Shown here: one piece after another, positions 50,713 through 61,605 of the stretch
Layout of the letters: each line of letters opens with the position of its first letter
How positions within the stretch are numbered: the stretch's first letter is position 1
DNA from: Octopus sinensis
Taxonomy: Eukaryota
Length of the DNA: 64,000 bases
Direction of reading: 5' to 3'
Assembly: GCF_006345805.1 (NCBI RefSeq)
Contig: NC_043014.1
Location: 36,208,001-36,272,000 of the forward strand
Position numbers and translations under genes: made by a program
Notes under the pieces: generated by a model
What the model was told of the DNA's origin: nothing
Seen by the model: the letters and a program-made list of their open reading frames with translations, nothing else
Database searches by the model: none

Positions 50713-51226
50713 ATGTATAAGTGTCAATTAATTGTGGCCGTTTTGAGCGACTCCTTCAATTTATTAATGAAAGCATTACCTCATTATAAAGAAAACTGTT
50801 CTCATCAGATGACCACACAGACCTCAAACATAGAGGAAAAGTTAGATATTTAAACTTATTAATATCATCAATAGAGAACAAATATTTACAATGATTCTAC
50901 AGCTAAATTATTTGGCAGATTCTGCTATAAGCTTTAAGCTTATCTTATAATAATTTTACTTGTTCCGTTACTTAGCCCGTCGGTAACGTTTTCATGTGAT
51001 TAGAGAAAGGGAAGCAGATTCTGCCAAAAACATCAGCGGTGGAATCATTGTAAATATTTGCTCTCTATTGATGAGATTAATATGTTTAAATATCTAACTT
51101 GTCTTTTATGTTTGAGATGTATGTGATCATCTGATGAGAACGGTTTACTTTCTAAAGATGTAATGCTTTCATTGATGAATTAAAAGAGTCGCTCGAAACG
51201 GCCGTAATGAATTAACACTTATACAT
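50713..51226. mobile_element. Foldback element / MITE with about 214-bp inverted arms
   Basis: 50713-50926 is the reverse complement of 51013-51226 with scattered mismatches; 86-bp spacer. Confidence 0.85.
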
Positions 51227-51304
51227 ACATATACATACACGCACACACATAACACACACACACACACACACACACGCACATATATATATATATATATATT
51301 ATGG

Positions 51305-52270
51305 TTGTGGAAATATTGAGACCACCCCTCAAGTGACTAAAAGGTGGTCTAACTCATTGATATAAAGCAAAGAACTCTGGGTGATTGACAGATTGGGTTG
51401 GTAAGCAGTGCACTGTGAGCCGTGGTTGAGAGCGTTGAATCTTGTGAAACAGTAATAGTAGTGCGTCGTGTAAATAATTTCTTTCTTCCCTGCTTCGTTA
51501 TATATAATACAAAAATAAGTGGCACGAGTTGTTCATAGCTTGCGTTACACGTTTAAAAAAAATTTTTGATACGAAACCAAACGAAAAATTCGTTTAACAT
51601 AGAGAACTTATTGGCCTCTGTTGTGAAGTTGCAATAGCAATAGCAACAACAACAACAACTACAGCAGTAGCAACAGTTACAGCAGCAGCTGCAACTACAA
51701 GAGCAGTAACAGCACTTGAAATCCGAAAATACTTCAAGATCGTACTCGCCGGACAGCGAAGCAAATTCAATTGAAGAATTCAGCTATAATCCAGAAGAAG
51801 GGATTACCTTCTCTGCGTATTTTCGTAGATACGAAGAAATCTTCAAAACAGTTGGTGCGACGAGAAAAAAACTACTACTACTTTTAAGAAAGTTATCCCC
51901 CGCAGAACACGAAAAATATTGTAATTATATTCTGCCAAAAACTTCAGGTGATATTTGCTTCGACGACATAATTAATTCTTTATCAAAAATTTTCGGTGAA
52001 AATAGTTCCCTCTTCAATACTCGCAGGCAATGTTTAAATTTTGTAGAAAAAGATGAAGAATTCGCCGGAGTCCTTAATAGAGAGTGTGAGAAATTCAAAT
52101 CGAATGAATTGACCCCGGACATGTTCAGAAGTTTAATTTTTATTCAAGAGCTTACTGCAAGTAAAGATGCAAATATACGTTCCCGGATATTAACAAAATT
52201 AGAACAGGACCAAATATTAACTCTGCAGGCAGTAGCAGGAGAATGTCAGAGGATTATAAGTCTGCGACAT
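51305..52270 (+). mobile_element. Gypsy-type LTR retrotransposon 5' relic: LTR, PBS-like site and gag
   Basis: tgt...aca segment (about 51305-51510), tggcacgag PBS-like motif, ORF 51716-52336 with FSYNPEEGITFSAYFRRYE...LLRKL..AEHEKYCNYILPK...IRSRILTKLE typical of K02A2.6-like gag. Confidence 0.8.
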
Positions 52271-52789
52271 GACATTATCTTTTCGCCAAATTTCCACTTC
52301 AATAACATGAAACGCTGTAAATTTAAATATACTTAGCCTTGCCATATAGAATAATGTATTTTAATGCATTTTTTTTGCTCTTAACTACTATTCAGTTGTA
52401 CATGAGATTTACGATCACCTGGCCACATTACTACACAAATACTTGGCTAAATACCTTCTGTAAGGCCTTTCTTTAATAGGAAGTAGTCCACAAGTGACGG
52501 AGTTTCGTGGGTTATCGAACTGAGCCCCCAACAATAATGAAGCCACCGCTTTTAGATGCAAGACAAAGTCGTCTTGTATAATTTGAACCCGAGAAGTAAA
52601 CGGACATGACTAAATTTACAAAACATTTTCTACACCACTCTTATTCATTTTCCTATTCTACCGCCCTTTTTATCCATAAGACTAAACTTATATGTTTCTT
52701 AGCAGTCACATTGATGCCATAATACTGAAATAGGAAGTTGTCAAACTATAAATAGAGTGTGTGTGAATTTAATTTATATATACATGCGC

Positions 52790-52836
<47 letters not shown>

Positions 52837-52879
52837 GTGTATTCTCTTCTGTTGTTACTTATTTTAATTCTTGTTCTGA

Positions 52880-53740
52880 AGAAGGAGCTTGCTGTTACGC
52901 TAACAGATTTTTATATTCATAATGTGCAAGATATTTGTTTGATTTTTTTTTCTGAAAGCCCTAACTTATCCAGATTGTCACTTAGGCATTTACTCACGAA
53001 ACTTAGTGCACCAATTATTATTGGTAGAAATGCGAACCTTCATATGTAACCTGGCTGCTTCGGAGAACTTGTCCATAGTTATCACTATTCTCTTTCATTT
53101 TCAAAAAGATATTCACATGAACGGGTCAGCTGACCTCTACGACGATACATACCTTGTTTCTTGTCTGTCCCCAATAACTATATCTGGCCTGTTACTTTTA
53201 CAATTGATAGATGTTTTGATGGGAATATTCCACCTGTATTCCTTGTGTTGATCATAGTCTATGTAATCAATAAGAGGGAAATTCACTATATTTATTCCAG
53301 GACAGTTTTTCTTTCGAAAGGCCATTGTATATTTTTTTGCGACAATATCGTGTCGCATGTGTGTGCGGGTGGGGGTGGTGCTTCGGTGACACTTTTTGGC
53401 AGTTGTTAATCACAATTGATTACACCATACATTACGTCGAACTGTATACCGTAGAATAAGGTTTGCAAAAAATGCACTGAGATGTAGCAGTAAATTAACA
53501 TATAGCTATTAGGAGACTTTTCGAGGCTTTTCGACCTGCGAGAAATGGCAGCAAAATCCCAATCTTTTCTGGACATATTTGATATAGTCCTAATTGTACT
53601 CTGCTTTAAAACCATAGTCGTGATTGCCACAGCTGGAATATCTTTAGGTATAGGTCTGCTCAGACAGATCAAACATCAAAGACGTGAGACTAAATAGCAA
53701 CAATAATAACAAGAACATGCAAAAGCGCTAATCAAAGAAA
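52880..53740 (-). mobile_element. RLE-type non-LTR retrotransposon relic 3' of Ig gene C exon 3 (best preserved copy)
   Basis: RHDIVAK, WNIPIKTSINCKSNRPDIVIGD, VVEVS*P, PIIIGALSFVSKCLSDNLDKLG. Confidence 0.8.
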
Positions 53741-53754
53741 ATTTACTTACTTGC

Positions 53755-54056
53755 TTAGTTGAAGAGTAATTTAGTTAGAGTTTGGCCATTCACAAAACAT
53801 GTGATGTTTGTTACGCCAAAGTCCTCCTGTTTTACAGTGTATTTATAAATTGACGCTACTGGAGTTAAACACTCGTCACGAGATGGAACTTTAATGTTAT
53901 CCTCATGTAAACTTGTATCATTACGCTTTCTTTTAAACCATAGAAAGTCTTTAATGCCAAAAGGTGCTGGGACATATGCTAAACATCTGAAGATCGCTGT
54001 CTTGCCCACTACAATGGGTAGGTTAACAACTGTTAGTTTATCTAGGTGAGATCGCG
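53755..54056 (-). CDS. Ig gene C exon 3: C2-set-like Ig domain ending in TAA
   Basis: Acceptor ttcttttcag|cg; ARSHLDKLTVVNLPIVVGKTAIFRCLAYVPAP...LWF...DECLTPVASIYKYTVKQEDFGVTNITCFVNGQTLTKLLFN*; donor gcaa|gtaagt 4 nt after the stop. Confidence 0.88.
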
Positions 54057-54591
54057 CTGAAAAGAAAACGAATCAAAATATGTAAATCTTAGAATAATAG
54101 ACGGATCATTTCGGTTTGAACGGCAGTTTTTTCTAGCGGTGTCATATGAAATTGTCACCCATAATTATGACCCCTAGTATCGATCTATTGCATTTCAATC
54201 TGTTTTAGGGTTAGGGTTAGGGGTGGGGGAAGGGTATCTTTTTTTCGGTTATCTTAGACCTTAATTGTAATTCATAATCTTACTTTAACAGAAAGATCGT
54301 TGAACCATGCAAAAAATATAGATTTTCTGTGAATGAATGCGGAGTGGAATAACTCAAATTTTGTCCGTTTTAAATTTAAGTTACACTAGGGTCAACAATA
54401 CCTATCATCCTTTCGGGGTCTCTCCCCGAACATGCTGGCCTTGTGCCAGAATTTGAAACCTATATTTCTTGTCTTACTGTTTTAATTATCCTAACGACTT
54501 TTTCAGAAAATTGCACGACCAGGTATTACACGCAGCATGTAGAGTAGGTTCATTACAACAGAAAACATAAACCACAGAAAAATATGTTACA

Positions 54592-54965
54592 CTAGCAGTA
54601 TCGCCCGGCGTTGCTCGGGTTTGTAAGGGAAATAACTATACAAGCATTTTTAGAGAGTTATAGCCCAAAAAATAGCAAAAAAAAATGCATTAAAAATGGA
54701 AAAAAAATTATGGTAATTTTTTTTTAAATCGTTGACTCATCGTAGACATTTTTAGAGAGTTACTTCCCTTATATGATAGCGAAAAAATGCATTAAAATGG
54801 AAAAAAAATGATGGTAATTTTTTTTTAAATCGTAGACTCATCGTAGACGCGCGCTAATGCCCAGAAGATACCCGGTTTTGGTTAAACTGCATCGCAAAAT
54901 GTGGGAGTAGTTAGGAATCTAAATCGTAGGAGACAGACACACAACTTGACTTTTATATATAAAGA
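54592..54965 (-). mobile_element. Non-autonomous Helitron in intron 2 of gene C
   Basis: Same termini as 40529-40919; the empty site is seen in gene A at about 19760. Confidence 0.85.
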
Positions 54966-55079
54966 TATCAAAGGTTATAGATCTGGGTTCGATAGTGCAA
55001 TAGAAACGCGCCATAGAAATATAATGAGTGATAATGGAGATGAATAAATGAAAAGAAAAAAAAAAGAAGTAAAACTGAC

Positions 55080-55397
55080 CTTTTAAAATCTTAGTTTCTG
55101 AAGTTTGGGCATATGCTGTAAATGAATAGCTTGCGGCATCCTTACATGTGGGGTTAAATTTCCAGCAGGTAGTCACACCTCTATAATCAGTGATTGTAGA
55201 ACACTCGAAACCTCTACGCGCCTCTTTATAATATGAGCGTGCATCCCAATGATATCTAAATGTGAAAACAATATCGTTGTTTTGCATGAGGTGAAAGTTA
55301 ATAGGACCTAGCAGCTTAAACTGGCATATTATAGTTATTCCAGCAGTGTTTCCAAATTCAATATAATGAGGAGGTGAGATGTCTAGAATTCTAATAT
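55080..55397 (-). CDS. Ig gene C exon 2: V-type Ig-like domain lacking the F-strand Cys
   Basis: Acceptor tttactacatag|at, donor aaa g|gtcagt; 318 nt. (Y)IRILDISPPHYIEFGNTAGITIICQF...RRGFECSTITDYRGVTTCWKFNPTCKDAASYSFTAYAQTSETKILK. Confidence 0.86.
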
Positions 55398-55467
55398 CTA
55401 TGTAGTAAAAAAAGAAAACAACAACAAAAAACAGATAGTTTTTATGAAAAAAGTATAAATGTAGTTA

Positions 55468-56135
55468 TGGAACATGAAAGAAGAAGAAGAAGAAGAAGAA
55501 AGAGGAGGAGGAGAAGAAGAAGAAGGAGAAGAAGAAGAAGGAAGAAGAGAAGAAAAAGAATGAAGAAGGAAGAGGAGGAGAAGAAGAATGAAGAAGAAGA
55601 AGAAAGAGGAGGAGGAGAAGAAGAAAGAGGAGGAGAAAAAGAAGAAGAAGTAGAAGAAGAAAGAGGAAGAGAAGAAGAAGAATGAAGAAGAATGAAGAAG
55701 AAGAAGTAGAAGAATGAAGAAGAAGAAGAAGAAGAAGAAAGAGGAGGAGAAGAAGAAGAAGAAAGAGGAGGAGAAGAAGAAGAAAGAGGAGAGAAAAAGA
55801 AGAAAGTAGAAGAAAAAGAAGAAGAAGAAGGAAAGAGGGGAGAAGAAGGAGGAAGGAGGACAGAAGGAGAGGAGAAGAAGAGAAGAAAAAAGAAGAGGAA
55901 GAAGAACGAAGAAAGGAAAGAGGAGGCGGAGAAGAAGAAGAAGAAAGACAAGGACCCAGATTTAGAAGAAGAAGAAGAAAGAGAGGAGAAGAAGAAGAAG
56001 AATGAAGAAGAAGAAGAAAGAGGAGGGAAGAAGAAGAAGAAGAAAGAAGAGAAAGAGGAGGAGGAGAAGAAGAAGAAGAAGAAGAAGAAGAAGAAGAAGA
56101 AGAAGAAGAAGAGCAGGAGGAGCAAGAGGAGGCGG
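55468..56135. repeat. About 670-bp (GAA)/(GGA) purine tract
   Basis: Directly visible; accounts for the poly-F/S and poly-E/R ORFs. Confidence 0.95.
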
Positions 56136-56220
56136 GGGGGTGTTGATTTGGATATGGATTACTTTTCCATAAATTGTGTTTTTTTAACGTTTATTGCTAT
56201 ATGTGTAATGGTGCCGTTGT

Positions 56221-56600
56221 GGAGGCGCAATGGCCCAGTGGTTAGGTCAGCGGACTCGCGGTAGTAGGATCGCGGTTTCGATTCCCAGACCGGGCGTTGT
56301 GAGTGTTTATTGAGCGAAAACACCTAAAAGCTCGACGAGGCTCCGGCAGGGGGTGGTGGTGATCCTTGCTGTACTCTTTCACCACAACTTCTCTCACTCT
56401 ACTTTCTGTTTTTGTTGTACTTGTATTTCAAAGGGCCGGCTTGTCACTCTATGTGTCACGCTGAATACCCGAGAACTACGTTAAGGGTAACACGTGTCTG
56501 TGGAGTGCTCAGCCACTTACACGTTAATTTCACGAGCAGGCTGTACCGTTGATCGGATCAACCGGAACCCCCGTCGTCGTAACCGACGGAGTGCTTCCAA
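56221..56600 (+). mobile_element. tRNA-derived SINE (family C)
   Basis: ggaggcgcaatggcccagtggttagg...gtttcgattccc head; tail shared with 1775-2085. Confidence 0.75.
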
Positions 56601-56912
56601 TGGTGTCGTGATTTACAGCACAACGGAACCCTACCTTATCCTCTCTTTTTCGTTTCCCTTTTCTCTCATCCAAGCACCCCTACCACCAAAATTCATCATG
56701 TTCACACATACTTACCCACACATACATGCGTGCACACACACACATTGCGCGCGCGCGCATTCACGTATGTACACACGTAAATACACACACACATAGTTTC
56801 AAAATAATGAAGAACATCTCAAACACTCTGAAAATATAATCGTCCCAAAGCCCAAGAGAACAAACCGAACGTAGTTTTTTCAACTAACTCACATATGTAT
56901 GTATGTGTGTAT

Positions 56913-56961
<49 letters not shown>

Positions 56962-57001
56962 ATAGGCGTTCGATTAGTACCCTTCTCTAGTGATACGTGA
57001 T

Positions 57002-57046
57002 ACACACAGATCCGGATTTCTGGTGGTTACTCGTCTTCAGTGTGTG
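57002..57046 (-). ncRNA. Type-I hammerhead-ribozyme-like motif
   Basis: cacaca-CTGAAGA-cgagtaaccacca-GAAAT-ccgg-ATC-tgtgtg: intact core, perfect stem I, palindromic loop III, poor stem II. Confidence 0.5.
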
Positions 57047-57106
57047 TCAATCACTGGCTAGTGATGAAGAACTCATTCCACTCGCAAAATACTATATCCT
57101 GTGTAT

Positions 57107-57485
57107 AGGCGCAGGAGTGGCTGGTGGTAAGTAGCTTGCTAAACCAACCACATGGTTCCGGGTTCAGTCCACTGCGCTGGCATCTTGGGCAAGTGTCTCT
57201 GCTATAGCCCCGGGCCGACCAATGCCTTGTGAGTGGATTTGGTAGACGGAAACAGAAAGAAGCCTGTCCGTATATATGTATATATATATATGTGTGTGTG
57301 TGTTTGTGTATCTGTGTTTGTCCCCCTAGCATTGCTTGACAACCGATGTGGTGTGTTTACGTCCCCGTCACTAGCGGTTCGGCAAAAACAGACGATAGAA
57401 TAAGTCCTGGGGTCGATTGCTCGACTAAAGGCGGTGCTCCAGCATGGCCGCAGTCAAATGACTGAAACAAGTAAAAGAGTAAAGA
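57107..57485 (+). mobile_element. SINE family A with many single-base indels
   Basis: Matches the other copies apart from scattered 1-2 nt gaps. Confidence 0.85.
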
Positions 57486-57501
57486 GGTATATTATATATT
57501 A

Positions 57502-57543
<42 letters not shown>

Positions 57544-59444
57544 GATACGAATTTTCTATTAAAAACAATCACTCATTACAAATCTCTCAAAAGGGATGAA
57601 AAGTGGAGATAATAAGTTGTGAACCCAATTGCTTAAGTATACTCAGAAAAAAAGTATAGCTTTAAATTGTCTCCCTCTGTCAGTTATTGTTTTAGTAATA
57701 GCGTAACGAAAACTCCAACTTCTAATAATGTCTGAGAAATTGTTATAACAGAATATTTTTGATTAGTGTAGCTTCAGGCCATCTCGAGAAACGATCAATG
57801 CAGAGATTTATCATTATATATACACTATATATATATATATATATATATATATCATATATATATATATATCCGCTGAAAAACATTTTTTAACATACTGGTT
57901 AACAGAAAATTTTACAGAAAATAAAGGGAGATATAAGTTATATTAAATCTCTGAGAGAGATGAACACTAACAGAACGGAATAGTCAATATATATTTGCCA
58001 ACTTAATGTGGGGGTCCTATAGAGAGAGATAAGTTATATTAAATCTCTGAGCGAGTGATAAACAGTAACAGTCCGGAATGGTAAAATATATTTGCTAACT
58101 GAATGTGGCGGTCCTATAGAGGACGGTGTTACTGTTGTTCTTAACCCCAGGAAGAAATCTCCTCCAGCTGGCCAAGGACACACAATCTTTGTCTGATTAC
58201 TATTTGCGAGGGGAAATTAGGGAAATTATTCATATTAACAAATATTCAGCCAACTTGCGCGGGAAATGCACCAGTCTCCCATATTTTGTTACTGTGGATT
58301 TATTTTTTGATGTATCCTTCAATATTGATTTTCTATTATTGATGTTAACATTTTGTGACAGGGATCATATTGCCAACCTAGTTCGACTAAGTCATTAGTA
58401 AGAAAAACCTTTATGAAGTGGTGAAGACGAATGGCCACAAGACGTTGAGATTCTCCTTAAGAGTTGATGGGAAGAGACTTCTTGAATGGCCATTTACTGT
58501 GTTTGAGAAGACCTGTCCTCATCTCTCTCTCTCTCTCTTTTCTCTCATCCCTTCTAAGTGCACAAGCAATTAATTCAACTGTGTATCAACCACCTGCTCT
58601 TTTCGCTCCGTCTTAATTTTGCAATCACTATTAATATGCATGATTCAGTTGAGGTGTCTTATGTTGCAGGTACTTATGAACCTCACAATTGCCATTGCCA
58701 TTGCGACAAAAGATTCCCCCCCCGGGGACTCTGAGAAGCAGTTGGAGTCAGGAAGGGCATCTAGCCGTAGAAACCAGTCCAAAGCAGACACTGAACCTCG
58801 GCGTACCTCTCTCAGGGGGCTGTTCATGTCGAACCGTCCAGCCCATGCCAGCATGCAAATATAACGTTCTAGTGGGCGCAAAGTCCCATGAAATTATACA
58901 TGGCTGGATGGCATTTGCATGAAAATGTATGTTTTTATGAGTCCCGAAGATCACAAGACTATTTTTTGATTCCCTAAGATCACAGAACTATTTTCACTCA
59001 GCTTGTAGAAATGGGTTGCGACCTCACAAGTACCATGCTGCATCAGCATTTGGCTTTCCCTTGGATAACATCAGTGGCGTGGAGAGGGGAGGTCGACATG
59101 GATGGTCGATCACTGGTCTTCGATAAACAACCTCGCCCGGACGTGAGCCGCGGAGAGCAACTTTCCAGTTGCATTTGAGGGCGCATGGACCAGTGGTTAG
59201 GGTGTTGCACTCACGTTCTAATGATCGTGATTTCAATTCCTAGACCGGGTGGTGCACTGTGTTCTTGAGCAAAAAATTAATCTCATGTTGTTCTGTGATC
59301 ACTTCGATACCTGACGCATAGTACACAGTGACCTCGATTTGATGGAGAAAATTAACTAATGTACAGCGCATACATTTGATCACCATAAACAAACAATTTG
59401 TGCACGTAGTTCGGCAATTTGCTGAACACTCGTACATCATCTTT

Positions 59445-59680
59445 GACGGGAGAACCATCATATATCATATCAAATCGTATCGTATCGTATCATATCATAT
59501 ATATCATATCACATCACATCACATCACATCACATCACATCACATCACATCACATCATATCATATCATATCAATCATATCATTCATCTATCATATATATCA
59601 TATCATATCATATCTATCATATCATATCATATCATATCATATCATATCATATATATATCATATATTATATATATATATTA

Positions 59681-59727
<47 letters not shown>

Positions 59728-59740
59728 TATATATATATAT
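59445..59740. repeat. (ATATC)n/(ATCAC)n pentamer and (TA)n repeats
   Basis: Directly visible. Confidence 0.95.
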
Positions 59741-59779
59741 GATATTGAAAAACACGGAATGTTCTTAATCTGACCAGAC

Positions 59780-60636
59780 TGAAACTAAAAACGGTTTTTA
59801 CTTCAGTCATTAGGGAACTTTCGTACGCTGACGATTGTGATCTTGTCAGTCATTCTGATACAGGTCTGCAATCTCTTGTATCTGCGTTTGTTGGCTTGGA
59901 GTCACGCGTTTGGTGCCAGCGACATATAAATAAGAATACAAAGCTGGCTCTTTACAAATCATTTGTCTTACCATCCCTGTTGTATTCTTGTGAAAGATGG
60001 ACTTGTTATGAAAGGCATTTTCAATTGTTAGAACAATTCCTCCAAAAATGCCTTCATCGCATTTAAAACGTTAAATAGAGATATTTTACTCTAAAAACAG
60101 ATCTCCTTGTACCTGCTGGCATCACCTCAATTAAATCTATGATTTTGAGGAACCAAATGAGATGGTGGGCCGAAACAACTGTTTTATGGTGAGCTTCCAG
60201 AGGGGAAACGCTATAAGCGTAAGCCTAAAAAAAGGTTTAAGGACGGTATAAGGACTACTATGAAGTCATTTGGAATGGATCCATAAGACATAGAAATCCC
60301 TGCTTCGAACTGAGTTGGATGGTGAACAAAAGTGTGGAGTGGAGTAAAAGCATTTCTAGAGACCAGGACAACACACGTAAGTCTCAAAAGAGATCTAAAA
60401 AAGAATGTTACAATCGAGAAGGTGAATGACAATGACCTTTTTCTGTGTACAGTTTGTGACAGACCATACTTTTCTTTAGCTGGGTTTAAATTTCATTTGC
60501 GATCATGGAAAACGAACCTCCACCAACAATTCTGCCTATATATCTGTGCATACCTTTGAATGTAGTGTATGCCAGAAGGTCAGCAAATCTAACGGAGGCC
60601 TCAAAAGACATGTTAAGATCCACAAAGATTAGAACT

Positions 60637-60718
<82 letters not shown>

Positions 60719-60720
60719 TG
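59780..60720 (+). mobile_element. RTE/BovB-type LINE 3' part with two C-terminal C2H2 fingers and (TAGA)n tail
   Basis: RELSYADDCDL, KLALYKSFVLPSLLYSCERW, PKQLFYGEL..GKR..RKPKKRFKD, FLCTVCDRPYFSLAGFKFHLRS, FECSVCQKVSKSNGGLKRHVKIHKD*, then (taga)n. Confidence 0.88.
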
Positions 60721-61129
60721 TTTCTTTATTAGTCACACAGGGCTGCACACAGACGGGACAGATTACTAAGTAGAGCTTTTCTTTTTGGGGAAAGAAAAAA
60801 AAAAAGGTGGGGTAGGTTTTCGATCAAAAGGGATCGTAAAAGGGAAAGAAGAAAAAAAAAAGGAAAAGAGACAAAAGAAAAAAAAACGATCAATAGGGAT
60901 CGTGTATCACAGAAAAGCCTACGGAAAAGACCACGGTAACCTCGGTCTTGTATTGTTACATGTTACCACATTTGTTTGCAAGTAGGTAACCCTCTGTTTT
61001 ACATTTCCGGGTTCATAGAATTATGCTGAAGGTGGCTTCGTCATTCATACGTGCCATCCTTGCTATATTCATCCATCTTTTTTTAAAACATTCGCTAGAA
61101 AAAACTTGCCTCTCTACTCTCACTTACCT

Positions 61130-61174
61130 TTTCAAGATAGATAGATAGATAGATAAATAGATAGATGAAGATAG

Positions 61175-61238
<64 letters not shown>

Positions 61239-61520
61239 GTAGATAGATAGATAGATTGACAGATAGATAGATAGATATGTGTGTATGTATCTATGTATAT
61301 ATTTATGGTAGCATGTATGTATGTATGCATGTATGCATGCAGGTCTGTATGCATCTATGAATGCTTGCATGTATGCATGTAAGCATGTATGTATGCATGT
61401 ATGTATGCATGCATGTATCTATGTAAGCATGTATGTATGTATGTATGTATGTATGTATGTATGTATGTATGTATGTATGTATGTATGTATGTATGCATGC
61501 ATATATGTATGTATGTATAG
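61130..61520. repeat. (GATA)n and (TATG)n tetranucleotide microsatellites
   Basis: Directly visible. Confidence 0.95.
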
Positions 61521-61605
61521 TGCGTCTGGCGACGATCAAAGTATTAAATCTGAAACAGATTCAGTGATGGAAGCGAAGAAAATATTTTTCTTAATATTAA
61601 CTTAC

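Noticed and set aside
55442-56125. 227-aa poly-Phe/Ser ORF and the opposite-strand poly-Glu/Arg ORF (likewise 40125-40495)
   Set aside because: Pure GAA/GGA repeat inside an intron.
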